Below, piece after piece: positions 23,633 through 32,445 of a stretch of DNA of 32,445 nucleotides. This DNA comes from Octopus bimaculoides (taxonomy: Eukaryota), in NCBI RefSeq assembly GCF_001194135.2, contig NC_068993.1:19701276-19733720 (forward strand), in the 5' to 3' direction. The first letter of the stretch is position 1. Every line of letters begins with the position of its first letter. The notes beneath the pieces are model-generated. The model was not told where the DNA came from and searched no databases. It saw nothing but the letters and a program-made list of their open reading frames with translations. The translations under genes were made by a program, and so were the position numbers.

Positions 23633-23850
23633 AGGCGGTGAGCTGGCAGAAACGTTAGCACACCGGGGGAACGCTTATCGGTATTTCGCTTGTCTTTACG
23701 TTCATAGCTCAAATTCCGCCGAGGTCGACTTTGCCTTCCATTCTTTCGGGGTCGATAAATTAAGTACCAGTTGCGTACTGCGGTTGATCTAATCGACTGG
23801 CCCTCTCCCCCAAAATTTCGGGCCTTGTGCCTAGTATAGAAAAGAATATT
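23633..23850 (+). mobile_element. SINE family B, full length
   Basis: ggcggtgagctggcagaaacgttagc .. gaggtcgactttgcc .. ggccttgtgcctagtatagaaaagaatat. Confidence 0.92.
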
Positions 23851-23871
23851 AAATCACGTGGAATATATATT

Positions 23872-24284
23872 CTTTTCTACTCTAGGCACAAGGTCCAAAA
23901 TTTGGGAGGAGGGGGCCAGTCGATTAGATCGACCCACTACGCAACTGGTACTTAATTTATCGACCCCGAAAGGATGAAAGGCAAAGTCAACCTCGGTGGA
24001 ATTTGAACCCAGAACGTAAAGACAGTCGAAACACCACTAAGCATTTCACCCGACGTGCTAACGTTTCTTATTTCTTCACTGTCCACAAGGGTCTACACAC
24101 AGAGGGTACAAACAAGGACAGACAAACGGATTAAGTCGATTATCTCTACCCCAGTGCGTAACTGGTACTTATTTAATCGAACCCGAAAGGATGAAAGGCA
24201 AAGTCGACCTCGGCGGAATTTGAACACAGAAATACCGCTATGCATTTCGACCGGCGTACTAACGTTTCTGCCAGCTCGCCGGCA
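23872..24284 (-). mobile_element. Dimeric SINE family B (two monomers with different tails) flanked by a 17-bp direct repeat
   Basis: Monomer 1 spans 24284-24069 and monomer 2 (head-truncated) spans 24068-23872. Flanks are cacgtggaatatatatt (23855-23871) and cacgtggaatacatatt (24285-24301). Confidence 0.85.
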
Positions 24285-24450
24285 CACGTGGAATACATAT
24301 TGGTGCTAGCGGCAGTCATTTATGTGTACGTAACTAAAAAGTAAATACTTTGAAGTGTGTCTACAATAATTTCACATCTGTGATCGACATTTTATAGAAT
24401 TATTGCACTCACGTATATATCAACTTACATTTTCGTATATGCTCGTCCGC

Positions 24451-24516
24451 GTGTGTGCGCATGTGTGTGCGCATGTGTGTGCGCATGTGTGTGCGCATGT
24501 GTGTGCGCATGTGTGT
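24451..24516. repeat. 12-bp minisatellite (GTGTGTGCGCAT) x5.5
   Basis: Direct reading; exact units. Confidence 0.95.
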
Positions 24517-26025
24517 GAGAGTGTAAGTGTGAGCATGTGTGTGTATGTGCATTGTCATATCAACTTGTTGCTTTGTATAATTTTATTTTATTTCCTATCT
24601 TATATTGTCAATCACTTCTTTTCCGTATTACCCAACCAACTTCCCTTATAATATTCAAACAATCTTACTATATATGCTTATTATATACAAAATTTGATGT
24701 TAACGTTTTCCGTAATCATCCGAAGATCGACTACAAAAGAATCTGAGTTACGAATAGTGAAGTTTGACCTTTCTATACACTATACACACACACACAACTA
24801 CCCCCACGCGCAAATGTTTTATACATACAGACAGACATGCATGCATACATACACGCGTGCACGCACACACACACATATGTGTATATATATATATATATAT
24901 ATAGGAAAGTTATTTTATTCCACATGGGTAGAGACATAAGAAAAATTAGAAGTTCAAATTGCTCAGAGAATAGTTAAAATTCTTTTTATTAATATATTTA
25001 AAGGTTTCACAGTTTAATTTGATTTTCAAAGAGTTCAAATAGAAAGACGTGGCTTATGTCGCAGCTGTCTTGCTTCTAACTTACCTTATTTGTATAGGGA
25101 GTTCATGGCTCAAATTAGTATATGTTATGAACAGGATTTGATTGGTAGAAGATAGTCACATGACTGGTTTTAGAAATTTTTGCCGGTTCCCCGCTACCTC
25201 CGTGTGTTAGTATCAAGTGACAATGTTTGACGTCGTAAGTTATCGAAATAATATATGAATAAAAATGGCTGTTGAAACATGAAAAATTCGAAGATTCGAA
25301 ATAAACTAAGTAAAAGTGGATCATAGGATTTGATAATGTCAAAAATCATATTTTAGTTCTCTTTAGTTAGATTAAACCATTCGGTTATAACCATAGCTAG
25401 AACTGGTTTTATACAAGAAAAAAGGTGTAGAATTCTCTTTTATCGCCAATTAACATTAGTTGGATAAGACATAATTTATTTCGAAATCATTAATTTAAAG
25501 ATTTAGTTTCATGAATTGATTTCATTATATCTTGATTTCATTCTATTCGAATACTATGGCAACGTTTAATTTAGTTTTTTAAAATTAATTATTTTTTCCT
25601 TAATTGGTATTTTTATGTGGCTCTATGCTGCTGTTTCTCTTTCTTCCACGTTTGGTTTTTCATAATTTAATTTCACCGAAGGCGATGTTAGATATTGAGG
25701 ATGTTGTTTAAATGTAATAGTTTTGCACTTTTGCAATTGATTGAAATATATCAACAAGAAGAATTAAAACAAATAATCATGTGTGCATACATGCGGTTGT
25801 ATATGCGTCTCCATGCGTGTATGTAAATATATATCTGTATGAATGCTTGCATATATACATGTATATATATATATATATATGAATGTGTGTGTATAAATAC
25901 GTATAAACACTGACACGCATCGCGCGCGCACATACACACATCAGTGTGTGCGCGGATGTGTTCTTTATCTTTTCCTCAATTTCTCTCAATCTAAATATTT
26001 TCTTGCAATAGTCTTGTGCTGTATA

Positions 26026-26236
26026 AGGCGGTGAGCTGGTAGAATCGTTAGAGCGCTGGGTAAAATGCTTGGTAACATTTCGACCGTACTTACGTTGAGT
26101 TCAAATGCCACCGAAGTCGACTTTGCTTTCATCTTTTCGAGGTCGATAACATAAGTACCTGTTGAACATTGGGGATGATCTAATCGACTTAACCCACTCC
26201 TCCGAAATTGCTGGCCTTGTGCCCAAATTTGAAAGC
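26026..26236 (+). mobile_element. SINE family B, diverged full length
   Basis: aggcggtgagctggtagaatcgttag..gttcaaatgcc..gtcgactttgc..aaattgctggccttgtgccc. Confidence 0.88.
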
Positions 26237-26249
26237 AGTAGTGTTCTAC

Positions 26250-26830
26250 TGTACCTTCTTGCTCCTCTCTTGTTTATAATTTTCTTCCATTTTATAAGCA
26301 TCTCATGCCTATCGTCTTACTTACACCTCCATCACTCCTGCACACGCTCCTACTCCTTACATGATTTCTTCACACACACGTAACGATTCCACACCCACCC
26401 ACACACATACCAACAACCCACATCTCCATTAACTCGCGCTATTATACTTGGGTGTTTATACACAGCTACTCATTTACTCAAACACCAAAATTCACACAGC
26501 CAATCTCTTCTTATACAATCTTAAAATACGGAAACACTTCGAAATGTGTACATACACACCTACATCTTCCTTCTTAATTTCTCCACCAAAGCACATCTCA
26601 TTCCATTTTGCCGCTGAACCCCTCGCCCGATTCTTTCTCTTCACAACCATCCCCCCACTTTCACACTCCTTCTTTACTTTTCTTCTATATTTTTCTTCTA
26701 GTGAAGAACTAGTGTCCTAAAAGTTGAAGCTTTTCTCTTCTTTTTCAAAAGGTTAAACCAATACACATTTGTTAAAACTTGTCCCACCGGAATTGTCTTT
26801 TTTCTTTTAGTTTTTGTTTGTTACCTTCAC
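26250..26830 (+). mobile_element. Possible decayed Penelope-like terminal repeat
   Basis: C/T-skewed, G-poor tract ending in gtgaaga..ctaaaagtt..gttaaaccaatac, reminiscent of recalled repeat ends; weak. Confidence 0.25.
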
Positions 26831-26971
26831 AATGTGTATATGTCTGTGTACGTGAATACATGTGTATGTGTCTTTGTACGTATATTTGCATACTCTGTTG
26901 CTATCATAATATCATTTCATTCTAGTTCGATATCCAGCATTTTGCTGACAGTAAGATGGCAAAGTTTTAAT

Positions 26972-28214
26972 TTTATTGTCAGTCCAATTAAGATACTATC
27001 TTTAACATAAAATACATAAAATATATTCATTTTGCTTTTGTTTTTTTAAAAATGAACCTTTGCCTCCGTTTTCTGTTAACTCTGGTATAACATAAACATT
27101 GAACTGAGGAGCAATTCTTTGACTAAACTCTTAAACAGCATTCTCAGTTTATATCATACGAGATCCAGAATTTACTTTGACATAAGATAACTACCAATGA
27201 TATATGTTAAGCCGACTGAATTGAATATACGTCAGCTTTGAACGTCTGAGTTACTTTTTCAATGGCTGGCTATGTATTCACTATACAAAACAAAAACATG
27301 AAAACGTTTCAATGTTAGCATAAGTATGGCAGATATTAAAGTTTACAAAATGTTCGCATTGCAGCAAAAATAAACACGATATTGTAGCTCCGATTTTTAT
27401 TGTAAGCATGAAATTATTTTAGTTATTTTTTGTATTATGAAATATAGTATTAACAAAGATCATTCTACGGAGAATAATCCTTATCAGAGATAGAACCAGT
27501 GGGTAATCATTAGATCAGAAGTTTTTTACTCGGTGCATCGCCCTTCTTCTTCTTACGTTAGTTAGACAATTACAGGGGGAAAAATGAGACTGGGTAAAAT
27601 CCATGTCTTTCACATAAGTATAAACTCTGTAAATAAAATGAATTGACTTTTATTAAGAACTGAAAACAAGTTGCTGATTCTGCTTTTCAGTAAATTTTTT
27701 GCTTCACCATAATACTCATTTCAGTCAGAATTATTGACGTCTTGTGACAAACCAACGATCTACCCTTTTGAATCGTTGGAATAATGGATACAGTAGTATC
27801 CATAAGTTTTACAAAAATTTCTGGTTCATTGTTGAATAAAATGATTTTTTTTTTTTTTGCAGGAATAGAAGCTGCAATGAAGATCCAGTATATTCTTTTC
27901 TTGCATTTAATGTGATGATTTTTTTAGTTTACATTGAGACAGTAACTCAGACGTTCAAAGCTGACGTATATTCGATTCAGTCAGCTTAACATAGATCATT
28001 GGTAGTTATCTTATGTCAAAGTAAATTCTGAATCACGCATGATATAAACTGAGAATGTTGCTTAAGCGTTTATTCAAAGGATTGCTCCTCAGTTTCGTGT
28101 TTATGTTATTTCAGAGTTAACAGAAAACGGAGGCAAAGGCTCTTTTTTAAATAGCAAACGCAAAATGAATATATTTTATGTTAAAGATAGTATCTTTATT
28201 GGACAAACAATAAA
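26972..28214. repeat. Long inverted repeat: arms 26972-27264 and 27932-28214, 667-bp spacer (possible long-TIR non-autonomous element)
   Basis: Manual alignment: about 26 substitutions over ~283 bp (~90% identity), plus a 9-bp tandem duplication (cataaaata) in the left arm. No TSD seen. Confidence 0.93.
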
Positions 28215-29021
28215 GTCCGGTATACAAAATAGATGCAGCATTAAGTGAACAGTATCGTACTTACTGTATATACACTGCCGACAGCTTTTCGTCCGAGAAA
28301 GAATAACTTATAGACGTTCTGTTTCAACAACACAATATATATTGGAGAGAAAAGAAGAATCGTCCTGGCAGTGGGTAGCGAGAACGCCAAATGCATTTCA
28401 GCTATCCTGGGCCTTGACAAAGATGTGTTTATTCGTTGTCACAAGCCTAGAGGTCTGTTGTCTCCGATATTTAGGAAATGAGTGAATAATATATTCACTG
28501 ATATTGTGAATAGTCACCGGACTAAATAAAAATTCCGATGTACGTAACTGAAGCAGCATCAAATTAAAATATTCATATATGTATCATGCTTAATGTATAT
28601 GCACAAGATATTGCTGTTTTTATGCTAGATAGAATCTCTTATAGGCCTACTGTGTTAAAAACAATATACATCAAAGTGAGACGCAAATTCGTAACGACAG
28701 TGGTTATCGAATATTCCAGATGCATTTTTTTGTGCTTTGTCAATGTCGTATATTCAGCCCCGCGGCATTTAGCAATGTCAGTGAGAGTATTCTTTACTGT
28801 TTTCTTCATACCGAAGGCGATAAATCTCGTCAAAGCTGCAAGTACAATCCATTGCGATAAGGTTAAATAAATAATGATAATTAATAATTCAGCATTAATT
28901 TCTTTGCTTGAGTTCTTCTCAAACTATTTCTTTCACTCAAACGTATTTTCAAATGTTCTTTATTTGATATTCAAGTATTGGTTTGTATGTATTATATGTA
29001 TTCTTAAACAACGTATACTAT

Positions 29022-29048
29022 CTCATTTTTGCTTTTGTATATTTTCAG
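29022..29048 (+). other. Possible 3' splice acceptor upstream of the CDS
   Basis: ctcatttttgcttttgtatattttcag|aa: long pyrimidine tract plus CAG, 838 nt before the ATG. No transcript support. Confidence 0.3.
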
Positions 29049-29886
29049 AATTACGACGGGAAAATTATGAATCTTGTGTCTGACATTACGAACGGTGAAC
29101 TATTACCATCAATAATGGTTTTCCATGGATCTATATAATATACAAGTCTTGTGAAGTCTTTGTAGCTATGCTAAATGCTTTCAATCAGTGTGTAATCTCT
29201 CAGTAACTGATTCTGCCGGTCAACGAGTAGATTCCGATGTGCAATTTACTAACTTGAATGTCTATATAATTTTCGATTGATTTAACTTAATTCTATCAAG
29301 CTTATACAAATTGTCCACGAACATTTCACAGAAATAATTGCATAAATGCATACTTGCTTAAATTATGTCCAACTTTTATTCATTCATTTAAAAAAGGACC
29401 CTTTCAGTCGTAGACTAATTAAATTTTCAGCAAGCAAATATTAATAAAATGATGCTTCTCAAAAATGAAATTATGAACACAAATCCCTTGAGGAATTACA
29501 ATTATCAGAAATGTATATTATTTCTGTTATTACGATTACAAAATCTTATTTACTTTCAACTATTGTTCCTGATTTCTACGAATTCTTAAATTCTTGCTAA
29601 AAGAAAGAAATCAAATAAAGCAATCGGCATCATATGCCACATTTCTCATCCACTTAAATGTTGGTGCTAAATTCAAGTTGTTCATAAAATTATCAGGCTA
29701 CCAGAGAAATTGTGTAAATTCACAAAACTGCAAGATTGTTCAAGCGAAATCATTTAATGTCTATTAAAATAAGATTCCAGCAGTGCAATAATTAAGACTT
29801 CCTTTGTTCGGAAATAGTACGGATATCAGTGGGATGAGATGAAACAAATGAAGAAATAATACAGCCTGGCTCCAATCTGAAATAAA

Positions 29887-31230
29887 ATGTTCGTCCCTCG
29901 CGTACGGCTTCATTATAATGATACTGACCATCCTGTATTCAGTTCTAGACGCCGAAGACCAAAACGAAAAGTACGTCGACCTTTTAAAATTGCAGATTTT
30001 ATAAACATTCCTTGCCTTTTGCCAACATTGATCGGTACACTTATTGGCTCCTTGATATCAGTAGGTGGAATAGCGATGAGTATTCTTGGATATTATCCGG
30101 AATCATCTGTTTTATCTCAAAGTATTCGATTGCCAGTCAAACCACCCGAACCACCGCGAAATATCCACCTAAAAGTCTTAGCTTATATCGGACCTCCAAT
30201 TATGGCTATGGGAGCTTTTATGGTAATAGTTTCCTGTGTTATGTATTGTGAATTTAGGGACAAATATTTAAGGGTTGAAGACGAAATACGAATTCGTAGT
30301 TTAAAAAAAGAAGCTATTTATGAGTTGGTGGTAGAGAGTTTTAGAAAAAATTATTTTCGTGGTATACAACTACCTTTCCAACAAATGACTGTAAAAAGTA
30401 TTAATTCAAATGAACTCACAAGCAGTTCTGATTCAAATGTGTGCACAAATTTAAAAGAAAGTGGTGGCGTAAAAGAAACAGCCTATAAAATTACCTTCCC
30501 GGCGTCATCTCGCCGCAGTTCGATGGTAACGCATCCTATTAAAAGATCAGAAATAGCCAATAAAGCTTATTCAATGCCAAACATCAAACCGTTTCATAAT
30601 GCGCTGTCATCAGCTTTTATATCACACGTTTCTTATACGAGACGAAAATCAAATAATGTTGCCTTTGATGACTACAGGTTGACGCGAGGCAGTGATGCTA
30701 TGCGAAGGTCCTCGGTAGTATCGAGTAGCGTATGTAGCGTGTCGACTGGCATCATAAACCCCGCTTATGAACAAGACGATGAATTACGAGTCGAAGAAAC
30801 GGCCGAGGAAGTTGCCAGTAACACGCAATACCTTTGCGTTCATCAGAACAGACCAATGAGCGAAGGGGATTCGAGTGATAGCCTTCCTGTTGTTATTGTC
30901 CACATGGCTTCAGTACATCAAGTGGATGCACCGGATAGTCGTCGTCCTTCAGTGAACACAGTATGTTCCGGTTGTTCGAACTCACCTCAACCGCACAGTA
31001 GTCATAGTGGCGTTCATGATACTAATTCAAATATTAGTGAAACTAATTCTGATATCGCTAGTGATGTTTCGAAACCGAGTGAACACTCGCATTGTATATC
31101 TCACGTGTCTATAGATAGTAACAGCCTTAGATCTATGTTGACGTCATCGCACTTAGATGACTCCAACGAAGAAAAAACTGAAAAAACCGACTTGCAAAAT
31201 ATTGAAATGAAAGAAGTCTCTCACACATGA
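29887..31230 (+). CDS. TMEM200: TMEM200-like (DUF2371 family) two-pass transmembrane protein, 447 aa, coding region in one exon
   Basis: Only long non-repetitive ORF (AAAATG start, TGA stop). Two hydrophobic segments at about aa47-69 (LIGSLISVGGIAMSILGYYP) and aa98-120 (LAYIGPPIMAMGAFMVIVSCVMYCEFRDK) match my recollection of the TMEM200 signature (GIAMAVLGYWP ... LGPxxMGxGxF ... HENRDK). They are preceded by a basic cluster and followed by a Ser-rich low-complexity tail. Family is recognised from memory; paralog (A/B/C) not assignable. Confidence 0.85.
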   Translation: MFVPRVRLHYNDTDHPVFSSRRRRPKRKVRRPFKIADFINIPCLLPTLIGTLIGSLISVGGIAMSILGYYPESSVLSQSIRLPVKPPEPPRNIHLKVLAYIGPPIMAMGAFMVIVSCVMYCEFRDKYLRVEDEIRIRSLKKEAIYELVVESFRKNYFRGIQLPFQQMTVKSINSNELTSSSDSNVCTNLKESGGVKETAYKITFPASSRRSSMVTHPIKRSEIANKAYSMPNIKPFHNALSSAFISHVSYTRRKSNNVAFDDYRLTRGSDAMRRSSVVSSSVCSVSTGIINPAYEQDDELRVEETAEEVASNTQYLCVHQNRPMSEGDSSDSLPVVIVHMASVHQVDAPDSRRPSVNTVCSGCSNSPQPHSSHSGVHDTNSNISETNSDIASDVSKPSEHSHCISHVSIDSNSLRSMLTSSHLDDSNEEKTEKTDLQNIEMKEVSHT

Positions 31231-31959
31231 CTGAACTCAACACTACAGAGGAATCGAGTTTAAATATACATACATAAACATACATTTACCTATATAANNN
31301 NNNNNNNNNNNNNNNNNNNNNNNNNNNNNNNNNNNNNNNNNNNNNNNNNNNNNNNNNNNNNNNATATATATATATATATAATGTGCTTGAGTGTTCGGAG
31401 GAGATGTTCGTGTTGCACAACACGTAAACAAAAGATTCGACAAGGGAAAAAAAGTCGGAATAATAGAAAATAAAATAAATAAAGTTGAACGAAAGTGAGA
31501 ACAAAACCTCGGAAGCCGAGAAACAAAAATCCACGAGAAAGTATATAAAAAAAATAAAATAAAAATCAATGAAGACGTTTGGTGGGTTAGCGATTGAAAA
31601 GATGTTTAGTTTAAATGCTGGCATTGTCTTCCTCACAGACAGAAATTTTCGAATTCATTTCAAAGATTAAAAGACGGTTTCACTGTATATATTTATATGT
31701 ATATAGTTATTTGTAAATCTTTGATTAAATGTAAATGTATGTATATTTCTGTGTGTGCGTGAGTGCGTGCGAGCGTGCTTGTACTTCTATGTGTGTTTTT
31801 ACGTGTGTATGAATATACGTATGTATATAAGTGTATTCTGAGTTCTTTTTAACAGTATACGGAAAGAGAAAAATTGAAATTGCAAAAAATGACAAGAGAA
31901 ATTGAATCATTCAAAAATAAATCTAGAAATGGACCTAAAATTAAATCAAAACATTTAAC

Positions 31960-32099
31960 AAAAACAAGTAGTACTAGTAGTAGTAGTGGTAGTAGTAGTA
32001 GTAGTAATGGTAGTAGTAGTAATAATAATAATGATGATGATGATAATGATAATAATAATAATTATAGTAATAATAATAATAGTAATAGTAATAATAATG

Positions 32100-32169
<70 letters not shown>

Positions 32170-32185
32170 TAATAATAATAATGGA
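31960..32185. repeat. (TAG)n/(TGA)n/(TAA)n trinucleotide tract downstream of the CDS
   Basis: Direct reading. Confidence 0.96.
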
Positions 32186-32354
32186 TATTTTTACGCGTTA
32201 AGAGCTACATTTTTCTTCGGATCACATATATATAAGTGTAAATATATATGCATGACCGCCTCAGGCATCTACGAAATATAATGAATTTACTTAATGAATT
32301 ACAAAAGCAGCAACGGTTGAACACCAATGGATATACTCCATAGTAACACTTATG

Positions 32355-32445
32355 TATATATGTATGTATGTATGTATGTTTGTATGTACGTATGCATGTA
32401 TGTATGTACGTATCTATCTATATATATATATATATATATATATAT
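32355..32445. repeat. (TATG)n/(TA)n microsatellite
   Basis: Direct reading. Confidence 0.96.

Noticed and set aside
26695-26725. Hammerhead ribozyme in the Penelope-like tract
   Set aside because: Catalytic boxes read GTGAAGA and CTAAA instead of CTGANGA and CGAAA, and I cannot build the stems.
28586-29083. Short ORFs on both strands upstream of the CDS as extra coding exons
   Set aside because: No homology recognised; the CDS has its own ATG with an in-frame stop just upstream and a complete family-like N-terminus.
30012-30251. 79-aa overlapping ORF inside the CDS
   Set aside because: TTG-started alternative frame with no recognisable features; expected by chance.
31213-31230. C-terminal PDZ-binding motif (EVSHT)
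   Set aside because: Terminal Thr is not hydrophobic, so it does not fit class I or II consensus.

Overview
AT-rich, repeat-dense eukaryotic genomic DNA with six N-gaps. The SINE families, microsatellite load and LINE content suggest an octopus (inference from recalled repeat families, not a database match). Only one convincing protein-coding region is present: a single-exon 447-aa ORF at 29887-31230 (+) encoding a TMEM200/DUF2371-like two-pass membrane protein with a long Ser-rich tail. The upstream ~30 kb is mostly microsatellites and dead mobile elements: two tRNA-derived SINE families (called A and B here), six restriction-like-endonuclease (R4/Dong-type) LINE fragments, a GC-rich RTE-type LINE fragment, two RTE-type zinc-finger 3' ends, and a pogo/Tigger HTH relic. 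Most of the supplied ORFs are microsatellite translations or antisense shadows. The most notable unexplained structures are: (i) a ~290-bp, ~90%-identical inverted repeat pair 1.7 kb upstream of the CDS; (ii) a tail-to-tail SINE hairpin with a 17-nt loop, involving a TSD-flanked SINE dimer; (iii) a twice-repeated SINE->(ATT)n<-LINE module; (iv) five TGTAAACA forkhead motifs within 400 bp. No rRNA, true tRNA or CRISPR array is supported, and I cannot demonstrate a new biological system from sequence alone.
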